Part shown: positions 36,461 to 46,976 of the stretch, piece by piece
Layout: the number at the start of each line of letters is the position of its first letter
How positions within the stretch are numbered: position 1 is the stretch's first letter
Source: Ignavibacterium sp.
GTDB taxonomy: Bacteria; Bacteroidota; Ignavibacteria; UBA10030
Assembly: GCA_039961715.1 (NCBI GenBank)
Contig: JABRVW010000009.1
Location: 1,211-65,210 of the forward strand
Length of the DNA: 64,000 bases
Reading direction: 5' to 3'
Translations under genes and position numbers: made by a program
Notes under the pieces: model-generated
Seen by the model: the letters and a program-made list of their open reading frames with translations, nothing else
What the model was told of the DNA's origin: nothing
Database searches by the model: none

Positions 36461-37720
36461 TCAGGAACGGAACTTCCTGAAGAGGATCGATGCGTTATGC
36501 CCGCCGAATCCGAACGTATTGCTGATTGCTGCAGGGACTTCCCGGGCTTGAGCCCTGTTGGGAATGTAATCCAGGTCGCATTCAGGATCGGGTGTTTCGT
36601 AATTGATGGTCGGGTGCACCTTGTTTTCGTACACCGACATCACGGTGGCGACCGCCTCCACGGCCCCTGCAGCGCCGAGGAGGTGGCCGATCATGGATTT
36701 TGTTGAATTGACTGCCATCTTCTTTGCATGTTCGCCAAACACGGTCTTGATGGCAGCGGTCTCTGCTTTGTCTCCCACGGGGGTCGATGTACCGTGTGTG
36801 TTGATGTACGCAACCTCATCGGCCTGGATTCCTGCGTCTGCGACGGCCAGACGCATTGCGCGAACGGCCCCCTCGCCGCCCGGCGCCGGCTCTGTGATGT
36901 GATGCGCGTCAGCGGTGAATCCGATTCCCCCAAGCTCCGCATAAATCCGGGCGTTGCGTCTGAAAGCATGTCCGAGTTCCTCAAGAACGAGAATCGCTGC
37001 GCCTTCCCCCATGACAAACCCGTCCCGGTCCTTGTCAAACGGCCGACTGGCTTTCCCGGGAGCGTCATTCCGGGTGGACATCGCCTTCATTGCATTAAAA
37101 CCGCCGATGCCCATGGGACAGATGGCCGCTTCAGCGCCGCCGGTGAGCATGAAATCCGCGTCGCCCCGCTGAATGAGGATTGCCGCGTCACCGATGGCAT
37201 GGGACGAGGTCGCGCAGGCTGAGGTGGTTGCATAATTGGGGCCTTTGAGACCATGTCGCATTGAAATTCGCCCCGGCGCAATGTCCGAAATCATCATCGG
37301 AATGAAGAACGGGCTGATTCTGTGCGGCCCCTTGGTCTCCCAGATCGTCTCCTGCTGTTTGTGGTACGTCCACATCCCGCCGATACCGGAGCCCACGATG
37401 ACACCGCCCCTGAGACGATCCACCTTCTCAAGATCCAAACCGGCGTCCTTGAGGGCCGCGTCTGCCGCCACGATCGCGAACTGCGTGAACCGGTCGCACC
37501 TCTGGGCGAGCTTGCGGTCCATGAAGGCGAGCGGATCGAATCCCTTCACCTCGCACGCGAATTTCGTATCGTAGCCGCTCGCGTCAAATTGTGTGATGGG
37601 CCCGGCACCGCTTGCGCCGGCCAGCAGGTTCGACCAGAATTCATCCTTCGTCAATCCGATGGGTGTGACCGCACCCATGCCGGTCACCACCACGCGCCGC
37701 CGTTCACCATTGAAGGGCAT
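36461..37720 (-). CDS. fabF: Beta-ketoacyl-ACP synthase II
   Basis: Full-length KAS II with an active-site Cys context (ATTSACATSSHAIG) and the His-His motifs. Confidence 0.96.
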   Translation of the reverse strand: MPFNGERRRVVVTGMGAVTPIGLTKDEFWSNLLAGASGAGPITQFDASGYDTKFACEVKGFDPLAFMDRKLAQRCDRFTQFAIVAADAALKDAGLDLEKVDRLRGGVIVGSGIGGMWTYHKQQETIWETKGPHRISPFFIPMMISDIAPGRISMRHGLKGPNYATTSACATSSHAIGDAAILIQRGDADFMLTGGAEAAICPMGIGGFNAMKAMSTRNDAPGKASRPFDKDRDGFVMGEGAAILVLEELGHAFRRNARIYAELGGIGFTADAHHITEPAPGGEGAVRAMRLAVADAGIQADEVAYINTHGTSTPVGDKAETAAIKTVFGEHAKKMAVNSTKSMIGHLLGAAGAVEAVATVMSVYENKVHPTINYETPDPECDLDYIPNRAQAREVPAAISNTFGFGGHNASILFRKFRS

Positions 37721-37742
37721 GTTCTCGTTCCTGTGTCGGTCC

Positions 37743-37979
37743 TTAAGAAGACTTGGACTTCAGATACTTGATCGCATCGCCAACGGTGGCGATCTTCTCC
37801 GCATCCTCGTCTGGAATCTGGATGTTGAAAGCCTTCTCGAATTCCATCACCAATTCCACGGTGTCAAGGGAATCCGCTCCGAGGTCGTTTGTGAACGACG
37901 CTTCCGGAGTGATCTGACCCTCATCCACACCCAATTTCGAAATGATGATTTCCTTCACCTTCGCATCGATGTCTGCCAT
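37743..37979 (-). CDS. acpP: Acyl carrier protein
   Basis: [16 protein letters not shown] phosphopantetheine-attachment motif, 78 aa from the ATG at 37979. The track ORF extends far upstream into the fabG antisense region. Confidence 0.95.
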   Translation of the reverse strand: MADIDAKVKEIIISKLGVDEGQITPEASFTNDLGADSLDTVELVMEFEKAFNIQIPDEDAEKIATVGDAIKYLKSKSS

Positions 37980-38017
37980 GACAGGCTCCTTACTGGATAG
38001 TGATGAATGAAAGACGT

Positions 38018-38764
38018 TTACATGACCAAGCCGCCGTCCACACACAGCACCTGGCCCGTGATGTAGGCCGCCGAGGGGGACGACAGGAATACGACTACAT
38101 GAGCAATATCGTCCGGGGTTCCCATACGCTTCAGAGGAACAAGTCCAAGCAGAGCATCCTTCTGCTGCTGCGTGAGCCTTCCGGTCATATCCGTTTCGAT
38201 GAATCCGGGTGCGACCGCGTTGACCCTGATATTCCGCGAAGCAAGCTCCTTCGCAAGGGTCTTCGTCATGCCGATCATGCCGGCTTTGGCGGCAGCGTAG
38301 TTGGTCTGGCCGGGATTCCCGATGACCCCTGCAATCGAGCTGATGTTCACGATGACACCCTCGCGCTGGCTCATCATCGGCCTGCAGGCCGCTTTGGAGA
38401 AATTGAACGCGCTCTTCAGGTTCGTGTCGATCACCTCGTCCCAATCCTGTTCGCTCATGCGCATCAGGAGCGTATCTCGCGTAATGCCGGCGTTATTCAC
38501 CAGAATATCGAGCCGGCCGAATTCCTTGACCACAGATTCGACGACAAGCGACGCATCACCGAAACTGCTCGCGTCCGACTGATAACTGTGCGTCCTGCGG
38601 CCTGCCCCGGTAATGCCCTTCTCGGTTTCCAGAGCGGCTGATGAGGCACTTTTGTACGTGAAGGCGACATCGGCGCCCGCGGCCGCAAGCGCAAGGGCAA
38701 TCGCCTTTCCAATTCCGCGCGAGCCGCCTGTAACAAGAGCGACCTTGTTTTCGAGGACTTTCAT
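38018..38764 (-). CDS. fabG: 3-oxoacyl-ACP reductase
   Basis: SDR motifs [12 protein letters not shown] and YAAAK. Confidence 0.95.
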   Translation of the reverse strand: MKVLENKVALVTGGSRGIGKAIALALAAAGADVAFTYKSASSAALETEKGITGAGRRTHSYQSDASSFGDASLVVESVVKEFGRLDILVNNAGITRDTLLMRMSEQDWDEVIDTNLKSAFNFSKAACRPMMSQREGVIVNISSIAGVIGNPGQTNYAAAKAGMIGMTKTLAKELASRNIRVNAVAPGFIETDMTGRLTQQQKDALLGLVPLKRMGTPDDIAHVVVFLSSPSAAYITGQVLCVDGGLVM

Positions 38765-39699
38765 GCTCCGGCCGTCACCAGATCGGTCACTTTTTCAATC
38801 CCCTTCACCTGCACGGTCGGATCGATGCGCTTCGTCAGACCCTGGAGAACCTTGCCCGGCCCCACCTCGATGAACTGCACGGCCCCGTCGGCGATCATGT
38901 TCCTGACGCTTTCTTCCCACCGCACAGCGCTGGTCAATTGCCGGTAGAGCAAGGACCGGATCTCGTCCGCCTTGCGGACCGGTTGAGCCGTGACATTTGA
39001 ATAAACCGGGATCTCCGCATCGCGTATTGCGGTCTTCTCCAGAGCCACTCTCAGGCCGTCGCCCGCGGAGGCCATGAGAGGCGAATGGAAAGCCCCGCTT
39101 ACCTGGAGCTCCTTGGTGAGCTTTGCTCCACGCTTCTTCGCAAGCTCCATTCCCCTGCGCACACCTGCAACACTGCCGGAAATTACAATCTGACCCGGCG
39201 AATTGAGGTTCGCGGGTTGCACGATGCCGTCACCGGACGCCTCCCGGCACACGTCTTCCACAACGGCGGGTTCCAATCCCACCACAGCCGCCATCGTGCC
39301 GGGATTCTCAATGCCGGCCTTCTGCATCAACTCGCCGCGCAGGCGGACGAGGCGGAGACCGTCCTCGAAGCTCAACGCCCCTGCAAAGACCAGCGCGGAG
39401 TACTCACCCAGCGAGTGGCCCGCCGCCATGCCTGCACGACCCTCAGACAATCCTCCCTGGCCTTTTTCGATCAGGGCAACCAATACCATGCTGTGCAGGA
39501 AAATCGCAGGCTGGGTGTTCCTGGTTTGTCTCAGTTCCTCCTCGGGCCCCTCGAAGCAGATCCTCGACAATGGAAATCCCAACAGCGCATCCGCCTTCTC
39601 AAAAAGCGCACGCGCTTCCTCGTTCTGCTCGTACAGATCCTTTCCCATTCCCACGTACTGGGATCCCTGGCCCGGAAAGAGATATGCCGTCGTCGTCAC
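38761..39699 (-). CDS. fabD: Malonyl-CoA:ACP transacylase
   Basis: FPGQGSQ and GHSLGE motifs. The GTG start at 39699 overlaps the fabH TGA (GTGA). The longer track ORF would overlap fabH by more than 100 nt. Confidence 0.9.
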   Translation of the reverse strand: MTTTAYLFPGQGSQYVGMGKDLYEQNEEARALFEKADALLGFPLSRICFEGPEEELRQTRNTQPAIFLHSMVLVALIEKGQGGLSEGRAGMAAGHSLGEYSALVFAGALSFEDGLRLVRLRGELMQKAGIENPGTMAAVVGLEPAVVEDVCREASGDGIVQPANLNSPGQIVISGSVAGVRRGMELAKKRGAKLTKELQVSGAFHSPLMASAGDGLRVALEKTAIRDAEIPVYSNVTAQPVRKADEIRSLLYRQLTSAVRWEESVRNMIADGAVQFIEVGPGKVLQGLTKRIDPTVQVKGIEKVTDLVTAGA

Positions 39700-40706
39700 G
39701 GTTTCTTCGGATTTGCCAGCGACCATTTCATGAGAACCGCACCCCAGGTGTATCCCGCCCCGAAACTCGCCAGAACAATGTTCTGCCCGCGCTTCAACTT
39801 GCCGCACTGCCACCATTCGGAAAGACACATCGGGATCGTGGCAGCCGTGGTGTTTCCATACTTGTCGATGTTGATCATGACCTTTGAGCGGTCAAGGCCC
39901 ATCCGGTCCGCCGTTGCATCGATGATGCGCATGTTGGCCTGATGGGGCACCAGCCAGGCAACATCCTCGCTCCGCAAGTTGTTTCGTTTCATGATCTCCG
40001 CGGCAACCTCGGCCATGCCGATCACCGCCACCTTGAACACGGCCTTGCCGTCCTGACAGAGGTAATGCATCTTTTTGTCGACCGTCTCGTGCGTCGGCGG
40101 ATTGAGGCTCCCTCCGCCCAGCATGCACAGGTAATCCCCGCCCGACCCGTCGGTATACAACCGGTGATCGATCAGCCCGTATTCGGGGCCTTCACTCGGC
40201 TCCAGAAGCACGGCCGCGCCTGCATCGCCGAACAAAATGCAGTTGTTCCTGTCCGTGTAATCCACAATACTGCTCATCTTGTCCGCCCCGATGACCAGAA
40301 CCTTCCGGTACGCCCCGCTCTCGATGAACTGCGATCCCAGGACGATCGAGTACAGGAATCCTGAACAAGCGGCAGACACATCGAAGGCCCATGCCTTGGA
40401 TGCGCCGATCCGTTGCTGTACCAAACACCCTGTCGCGGGAAAGAACATATCCGGCGTGACCGTTGCCACGATGATCACCTCGATATCTGCAGGATCGACG
40501 CCGCTGTTCGCCCTGAGGTTTTCAAACGCGCCGACGGCCAGATCCGACGTGGCGCCCTTTTCAAGAATCCGCCGTTCCACAATGCCTGTACGCGTGCGAA
40601 TCCATTCATCGCTCGTGTCGACCATCTTTTCCAGGTCGAAGTTCGAGAGAACCTTGTCGGGTACGTAGTGACCGACGGCGGTGATCGTGGCTCGGCGTTT
40701 GTTCAT
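39696..40706 (-). CDS. fabH: Beta-ketoacyl-ACP synthase III
   Basis: Full-length FabH pattern (AACSGF active-site Cys, HQAN, GAGYTWG). Confidence 0.95.
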   Translation of the reverse strand: MNKRRATITAVGHYVPDKVLSNFDLEKMVDTSDEWIRTRTGIVERRILEKGATSDLAVGAFENLRANSGVDPADIEVIIVATVTPDMFFPATGCLVQQRIGASKAWAFDVSAACSGFLYSIVLGSQFIESGAYRKVLVIGADKMSSIVDYTDRNNCILFGDAGAAVLLEPSEGPEYGLIDHRLYTDGSGGDYLCMLGGGSLNPPTHETVDKKMHYLCQDGKAVFKVAVIGMAEVAAEIMKRNNLRSEDVAWLVPHQANMRIIDATADRMGLDRSKVMINIDKYGNTTAATIPMCLSEWWQCGKLKRGQNIVLASFGAGYTWGAVLMKWSLANPKKP

Positions 40707-40712
40707 GGTTGT

Positions 40713-41759
40713 TTACTGATGCGCGGGGATGACGGCATCCGCCGGTCGAACAACGGACCCCGCCAGCATTTCCTGAATATATTGGTTGACGTTGGCTTCG
40801 GCCACTTCCACGGCCTTCAAAATCATGTTCTTGATCGCCTTCGGCGTCGATTTGCCGTGGCCGATGATGGAAACCCCGTTGACACCAAGCACCGGGACGC
40901 CACCATATTCTTCATAATCCATCTCCTTAAACACACTCCGCAACGCCCCCCGTACGAGACCCAACATAGCCTTGCGAACGGCGCTTTTCCCCGCGTAGGC
41001 AAACAGCTTTGCCTTGAGAAACGACGGCACACTTTCGCCGAACTTCAGAATGGCATTTCCCACAAATCCATCACACACCACCACACGAACCTTCCCGCGC
41101 AGAATATCCCTCCCCTCCACATTTCCCACGAAGTTCAGGGGGCCGTTCTTCAAAAGCTGATAGGCTTCCCGAACGACCTCATTGCCTTTCGACTCCTCTT
41201 CGCCGATGTTCAGGAGACCAACGGGCGGATTCTCGTACTTGAAAATCCTGTTTGCATAAATGCTCCCCATCACCGCAAACTCGTAGAGGTGCTGGGGGCG
41301 GCAATCCACATTGGTTCCGGCATCGACCAGGAGACAGACCCCTTCTTCCGACGGAAAAAAAGCTCCGATGGTCGGTCTGCTCACGCCCTTGATGCGGCCC
41401 AGAATGAGCGTCGACGCTGAAAGGACGGCGCCGGTGTTGCCGGCGCTGACAAAGGCGTGCGCCTTCCCATCCTTATGGAGATTCATCCCGATGCCGAGGG
41501 ACGAATTCTTCTTCTGTTTCAGAGCGGCAGTCGGCGAATCATCCATCGTAATCACCTCCGGAGCATGCACAACCGACACCGAAAGGCCACGGGTGTCATG
41601 TTTCGCAAGCTCGGGCCTGATCTGTTCTTCACGGCCAACGAGGATCACCTCGATCGCCTTGCCTCCCCGAAGGGCATCCAGGGAACCGGCCACTTCGTTG
41701 ACGGGGGCAAAATCCCCGCCCATGGCGTCAACCACGATCTTTAACGACGGCGATCCCAT
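40713..41759 (-). CDS. plsX: Phosphate acyltransferase PlsX
   Basis: VDAMGGD N-terminal motif and conserved position upstream of fabH. Confidence 0.95.
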   Translation of the reverse strand: MGSPSLKIVVDAMGGDFAPVNEVAGSLDALRGGKAIEVILVGREEQIRPELAKHDTRGLSVSVVHAPEVITMDDSPTAALKQKKNSSLGIGMNLHKDGKAHAFVSAGNTGAVLSASTLILGRIKGVSRPTIGAFFPSEEGVCLLVDAGTNVDCRPQHLYEFAVMGSIYANRIFKYENPPVGLLNIGEEESKGNEVVREAYQLLKNGPLNFVGNVEGRDILRGKVRVVVCDGFVGNAILKFGESVPSFLKAKLFAYAGKSAVRKAMLGLVRGALRSVFKEMDYEEYGGVPVLGVNGVSIIGHGKSTPKAIKNMILKAVEVAEANVNQYIQEMLAGSVVRPADAVIPAHQ

Positions 41760-41771
41760 GAAGAGAATGAA

Positions 41772-41954
41772 CTAGGATTCGCGGGGAATAATAATCGATC
41801 GGCCGTTATAGTACCCGCAGTTCGGACATGCCCGGTGGGAAAGCCTTTGTTCGTGGCAATTCGGGCATTCGACGGTGTTCGGAGCAGAAGCCTTGTAATG
41901 AGTCCGGCGTTTCCGGCTTCGCGATTTGGAATGACGTCGTTTCGGATTCGGCAT
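41772..41954 (-). CDS. rpmF: 50S ribosomal protein L32
   Basis: MPNPKRRHSKSRSRKRR... with a CxxC...CxxC zinc ribbon. Confidence 0.93.
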   Translation of the reverse strand: MPNPKRRHSKSRSRKRRTHYKASAPNTVECPNCHEQRLSHRACPNCGYYNGRSIIIPRES

Positions 41955-42020
41955 ATCGCACCCTTTCTAAAACCGTGGAAACCCTCCCAAAGGCCGGGAG
42001 TGGCGTGATCATCTGAAACT

Positions 42021-42530
42021 CTAATTTCCCAGGAACCGCTTCAGCTCTGCCCATCGCGGATCCCCTTCCTCTGTCGTGCAAGAGCATGAACTTCTGTTGC
42101 GGTTGGCGCCGCACACCGGGCATAATCCGGCACAATCTTCCCTGCAGAGGATCTTCAGAGGGAGAGACAGGATCAGAAACTGCCTCACATCTTCCCCGAG
42201 ATCGATGATGTTAGTGTCCGGGGAGAGATATTGGACCTCCTCGAACTCCTGCAGGTCCTCGGGCGACTCCGGGCCCTGAAGATAAACGACGGCGTGGCGG
42301 GACACAACATCCATGCGAAACGGGTCCAGACACCGGTCGCAAACAAACGAGCCGGATGTTCGTGCTTCGGCCCGCAGGAACATCTGCCTGCTGGTCTTCT
42401 CAACGTCGGCCTCGACGGTGACAACCCTCTCGAACCGCTCGTCGAGCCCGATCTCAGAAGCCTCTGCCGAAAGGGAGTAATGGTGATGACCCTCGGACAA
42501 CCGCGAAATATTGATTCTCAGACTGCTCAC
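42021..42530 (-). CDS. yceD: DUF177/YceD-family protein
   Basis: Conserved position upstream of rpmF. C-terminal Cys cluster (CREDCAGLCPVCGANRN). Confidence 0.85.
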   Translation of the reverse strand: MSSLRINISRLSEGHHHYSLSAEASEIGLDERFERVVTVEADVEKTSRQMFLRAEARTSGSFVCDRCLDPFRMDVVSRHAVVYLQGPESPEDLQEFEEVQYLSPDTNIIDLGEDVRQFLILSLPLKILCREDCAGLCPVCGANRNRSSCSCTTEEGDPRWAELKRFLGN

Positions 42531-42827
42531 CAGGCATCACCCCTTCCCGAGGACCCTTCGGAAATCTCCCCCGGAGTCACAGAAATGGGGGCATTTTTCG
42601 AGAAAAAGCGCTCAAAATATAGCGATAAGTGGCGGGATAGTCAAGGATGGCGGAAACCTCTGCATTGGGACTGACACAATCGCCGAAATCCCGGAAAATT
42701 GGGTCCACCAATTCCGAAAACTCGGGAAACGCGTAGATCCCGGTGCAGGGACAACGCCCTCCAAGGTCCCCGCGGATCCAGGCAAGGAATCCGCAGGTCG
42801 ATCTTGCCCTACCCGAACAGCGCGGTC

Positions 42828-43115
42828 TTAAGGTTTTTCCGCTTCTGCCGGTGCCGCAGGTTCAGCGACGCTCGGAAGAAGCTGTTTCTGAATGTGCTCC
42901 ACCGTCTCATCGAGCGCATCCAAAAACTTCTGGAAATCCTCCTTATACAGAAAAATCTTGTGCTTCTCGTACTCCTCCTCACCAACCCTCTTGCTTTCCG
43001 TGATGGTGATGTAGAAGTCCTTTTCGGATTTCGTAGACTTCACATCGAAGAAGTAGGTTCGCTTTCCCGCACGAACCCGCTTGGTGAAGATTTCATCCTT
43101 GTATTGCTGTTCCAA
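42828..43115 (-). CDS. PUR-alpha-like nucleic-acid-binding protein (DUF3276)
   Basis: KRTYFFDVKSTKSEKDFYITITESKR...IFLYKEDFQKF matches the PUR repeat pattern seen in FCB-group DUF3276 proteins. TTG start preceded by GGAGG. Confidence 0.7.
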   Translation of the reverse strand: MEQQYKDEIFTKRVRAGKRTYFFDVKSTKSEKDFYITITESKRVGEEEYEKHKIFLYKEDFQKFLDALDETVEHIQKQLLPSVAEPAAPAEAEKP

Positions 43116-43241
43116 GGGTGTTCCTCCCTGAAATGGATCGTTGATGGGAATGATGTTTGTTCTCCCGGATTCTCTGCCCCTCCCATCGTGCAGGCAAGGT
43201 CCGGGACTGACTCTCTCTGGCTGACGGACACAACTCCGTCT

Positions 43242-45512
43242 CTACTGTTTTCGAATAATCGCGAGTTTAGCGGTCGTCACTTCATCGCCATCCTGCGCAT
43301 GCGCAACGACGAAATACACTCCCGAAGATACGAGCCGGCCCTCCCGGTCGCGTCCATCCCACAACGCCCTCCCGCCACCCTGCGCCCTGAACTCTGTCAC
43401 CAGAGACCCGTCGACCCTCAGGATTTTTATGCTGCTCTCCTCCACGAGGTTGCGGATTTCCACGACGCTGTGTGCCGGAAGGAAGAACGGATTCGGTCCA
43501 ATCTCGAGGGCCGACAAAGCCTCTTTCGGCTCAACCGGCACAATGGTCAGGCTTGCCAGCCCCCTCTCCGTTCCGATGTAGACGATCCCCCGCCGCTGGT
43601 CAATCGCAAGACTGCGGATGTCATTCGACGGAAGCCTGCCGCCGGAGGATGCAACGGTATGCTGTTGGAGAATCCGCGTCGCATCCGCATTCATGACAAA
43701 GACCCCTTCGCGGGTCCCGACCCATTTATTGTTGATGGCATCGACTGCAATCGCCTGGATGGCCTGTTCCCTCAGGGGAAACGACGAGAAATGACGCTGC
43801 TTCGGGAACAAGGGCTCTGAAATGATCATTAACCCGTGTTCGGTTCCCACACACACGGAACCGGTCTTGTCCACAGCAACCGAAAAAACGACTCCGTCGG
43901 GGAGGCCGTCTGCCTCTGTCATGACGCCCCATCCTCCCGTTGCCGACGTGCCGGCCACGGAGAGGTTCTCATTGAAATAGTACAACGAAAAAGCCCTTGT
44001 GGGATGGAACGGCTGTGCGCCGGCCATCCATTTTGTTCCATACTGATCAACGGCCAGCGATGTGAAGTACCCCTGCCCGGCGATCGAATGCGTGAAGTAC
44101 GATGCAAGGGTGTCTGATGTCAACCGCACCAGGTAATTCCCGCTCCGCGCCCCCCAGTTCACCAGCCACGTGCTGCCGTCCCCGCCAGCGGCAACGCCGT
44201 TCATGACAACGTAGAACGGATCAGAATCAACGGAGCCTGAGAGCGCCGGGGTCGATGTTGCATCCAGCCGGCGCCGGATGGTATCACCGGCCATTTCAAC
44301 CACTCCGTTTCCCCAACTGCTGATCCACACCGACCCGTTTCCCCCCAGACCGACTTTGAAATAATCGTTCGACCCCATGATGGGGTTCTCGATCACCGTG
44401 AAATTCTTCCAACGGCTTCCTTCGGGACGCGACGGATCGTACCGCGAGAACCCGCGGCCCATTCCGCTGATACCCGTCGCGCACCACAAAACGCCACTGT
44501 CATCAACGGCAAGGCTCGCAAAGGAATTGGACTTCGGTCCGTTCGGCACCGCGTATTCCCATCCGCCGCCGGTGTTTACTGCCATCCCCTGAAAATTCGT
44601 CGCCACCCATGGGATTCCGCCGCCCTCAATGCCCGCCAGTCCGGTCGCCGAACCCCAGGGTACAGTGCCAATCGTTTGAACCGGCCCGGTGACGCCATCA
44701 ATCTTCTCGAGAGTGAACCCTCCGGCATCGTTCCAGACAGCATAGAGTTCTTCTCCGACCACGCTCACTGCCGCCACATCTTTGCCCGTCAGGTTCGTCA
44801 CGGCCTGGAATCCCGTGCCGTCGAAGTAGGCCACTCCGGCCTGTGTCGCCGCCACAAGCGTGTCCCGTACGATTCCCAGGGCTCTCACCGAAGCGGATGA
44901 CCCCATGATGTTTGCATAGAGCTGCCATGCCGCCGGATCGACGAGATTTCCTGCAAAGCGGTTCGCACGCGCAATACCGTAATCAGTGGCTATCCACAGC
45001 TCGTTGTTCAGCACCTCAATATCGTTCACGCCGGTGGGCGCGGGGAATCCAAACGACGCATACGTGTCGCCAAACTGTTCCCGGGAAAGCCTGTACACGC
45101 TTATCCCGAAGTCCGTCCCAATGAGAACCGTATCGCCGACGCCACAGAACGTCCGGACAGACTTCCGAATCCGCTGTGATTCCCGGATATCCGTAATGCG
45201 CTTCGAAACACCCTCCGGTCCCAGCACGTCAACCGAGCCGTCCGCCGCTCCGATCCAAATAGTTCCCTCCACGACGGCAATCGCGCTCACGTCGTTGGTG
45301 CTCAGTCCTTCAGCGGCCGTGAATTGCCTGGCCGCCCGCGACGACACATCCACGGCAAAGACGCCCCCTTGAGTTCCAGCCCAGACGGTTGATGCGTCTC
45401 GCGCCGTCACACGCACGGCCTCCATGGCTGTAGAGTTCTTCCACATCCCCGGAATCTGGGACCGTACCGGTCCCACCGCACACAGCACTAGGATCACCGC
45501 CCTCACATGCAT
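43242..45512 (-). CDS. Secreted beta-propeller protein (two-component-regulator-propeller-like repeats) with a T9SS-type C-terminal sorting domain
   Basis: Signal peptide, then repeated propeller blades (W.GT..G.., NDV.SIAVD). The C-terminal ~80 aa Ig-like tail (ALWDGRDREGRLVSSGVYFVV...) is typical of T9SS/FlgD-Ig CTDs. Confidence 0.75.
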   Translation of the reverse strand: MHVRAVILVLCAVGPVRSQIPGMWKNSTAMEAVRVTARDASTVWAGTQGGVFAVDVSSRAARQFTAAEGLSTNDVSAIAVVEGTIWIGAADGSVDVLGPEGVSKRITDIRESQRIRKSVRTFCGVGDTVLIGTDFGISVYRLSREQFGDTYASFGFPAPTGVNDIEVLNNELWIATDYGIARANRFAGNLVDPAAWQLYANIMGSSASVRALGIVRDTLVAATQAGVAYFDGTGFQAVTNLTGKDVAAVSVVGEELYAVWNDAGGFTLEKIDGVTGPVQTIGTVPWGSATGLAGIEGGGIPWVATNFQGMAVNTGGGWEYAVPNGPKSNSFASLAVDDSGVLWCATGISGMGRGFSRYDPSRPEGSRWKNFTVIENPIMGSNDYFKVGLGGNGSVWISSWGNGVVEMAGDTIRRRLDATSTPALSGSVDSDPFYVVMNGVAAGGDGSTWLVNWGARSGNYLVRLTSDTLASYFTHSIAGQGYFTSLAVDQYGTKWMAGAQPFHPTRAFSLYYFNENLSVAGTSATGGWGVMTEADGLPDGVVFSVAVDKTGSVCVGTEHGLMIISEPLFPKQRHFSSFPLREQAIQAIAVDAINNKWVGTREGVFVMNADATRILQQHTVASSGGRLPSNDIRSLAIDQRRGIVYIGTERGLASLTIVPVEPKEALSALEIGPNPFFLPAHSVVEIRNLVEESSIKILRVDGSLVTEFRAQGGGRALWDGRDREGRLVSSGVYFVVAHAQDGDEVTTAKLAIIRKQ

Positions 45513-45515
45513 GAT

Positions 45516-46010
45516 TCACCGCCTTCCGCGGCGCTTCGGCAGTGACCGGAACAGAGTGATCATTTCCATTGCCGCCACCGCCGCGTCCCATCCCTTGTTG
45601 CCGAGCCTGCCGCCCGCGCGATCCTTCGCTTGAAGCTCGTTGTCCGTTGTCAGCACACCAAAGATCACCGGCACGCCATGACGGAGCGCCGTCTGCTGAA
45701 TGCCTGCCGCGGCCTGTTGAGCGACGTATTCAAAATGCGGCGTCTCGCCGCGAATCACGGCACCCAGACAAATGATCGCATCCCAGCGTCCCCCCGACGC
45801 GAGCCTCTCTGCGACCTGCGGAAGCTCAAAAGCCCCGGGGCACCGGTACACGGAAACCTTCACATCGGAGCTTTTCTGTTGCAGGCATTCCATCGCTCCC
45901 GCCAGAAGATTCTCCGTGATCGCTGAATTGAATTTGCTGGCGACAACGGCAATGCGTGCCCCGCGGATCGTGGCGGAAGGCGTTGTGCGGTCGGTGGGTC
46001 GAGTGGTCAC
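45516..46010 (-). CDS. ribH: 6,7-dimethyl-8-ribityllumazine synthase
   Basis: VPGAFELP-like (CPGAFELP) motif and GVLT motif. Typical length. Confidence 0.92.
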   Translation of the reverse strand: MTTRPTDRTTPSATIRGARIAVVASKFNSAITENLLAGAMECLQQKSSDVKVSVYRCPGAFELPQVAERLASGGRWDAIICLGAVIRGETPHFEYVAQQAAAGIQQTALRHGVPVIFGVLTTDNELQAKDRAGGRLGNKGWDAAVAAMEMITLFRSLPKRRGRR

Positions 46011-46900
46011 TGAGAAAAGAGCCTGCTGCGCATGGTTTCAACAATGTGGAGAGGAATGGTCACGTGCCCGAACAACTGGTCGTCGTTCTTGCGTCCACCA
46101 TGGAAATCCGACCCGCCGCTCTCCAGGAGGAAGTACTGATGCACGATACTGCGATAGTACGTACGCTGTTGGTCTGAATGGGAGGGATGAGTGACTTCAA
46201 TGCCGTCAAGCCCCATCTTGATCAGCTCAAGGAGCTCCTGTTCCGAAAGATACCTGCCCGGGTGGGCCAGAAACGAGAGTCCTCCCGACGCTGTGACAAG
46301 ACGGAACGCTTCCTCCGGCTGAAGCTGAAACTTGGTCTCGTAGGCCGGGCCGCCGATCCCGATGAACCGGTCGAATGCCTCGTGAAGCGATCCGACATGT
46401 CCTTCCTCCATCAGCGCGCTTGCGATGTGCGGGCGGCCCACCGCTCCGATACCCGCGTATTCAAGAACGGTGTCCAGCTTCAGGGGCACGTTCAGGGTGT
46501 TGAGCTTCTGCACAATGCGCTCGGCCCTTCTGAGCCGCTCGCCGCGGAAGAAAGCAAGATAGTCGAGAAACCTGCGGTTGGTGTGATCGATGAAGTAGGC
46601 AAGAATATGCAGATCCTTGCCGGCAAGAGAAACGCTCAATTCCGCTCCCGGCACCACAGTGACGCCAACCTCGCGACCGGCCGCCGTCGCTTCGTCGATG
46701 GCGCCAACATGATCGTGATCCGTGATGGCAAGAACGGAAATCTCCGCGGCGGCGGCTTTCTGTACCAGTTCCTGTGGTGACAGCGCGCCGTCGGAATAGG
46801 TCGTGTGGGTATGAAGGTCGGCTTTGCCGTCTTCCGGTGATACCGGAAGACTCGCCCCCTGTGCCGGTTCGTTCGTCCCTAACTCCTCGGTCCTCGCCAT
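46007..46900 (-). CDS. PHP-domain phosphoesterase (TrpH/YciV-like)
   Basis: DLHTHTTYSDG and ITDHD metal-binding motifs. Confidence 0.85.
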   Translation of the reverse strand: MARTEELGTNEPAQGASLPVSPEDGKADLHTHTTYSDGALSPQELVQKAAAAEISVLAITDHDHVGAIDEATAAGREVGVTVVPGAELSVSLAGKDLHILAYFIDHTNRRFLDYLAFFRGERLRRAERIVQKLNTLNVPLKLDTVLEYAGIGAVGRPHIASALMEEGHVGSLHEAFDRFIGIGGPAYETKFQLQPEEAFRLVTASGGLSFLAHPGRYLSEQELLELIKMGLDGIEVTHPSHSDQQRTYYRSIVHQYFLLESGGSDFHGGRKNDDQLFGHVTIPLHIVETMRSRLFSQ

Positions 46901-46976
46901 GAGTCTCGCATCCCAGTCATTCCATTCGTCACCCGCCCCGGCAGTACAGCGGGAGGAGTCGGCCCGTCAGGCCTCC

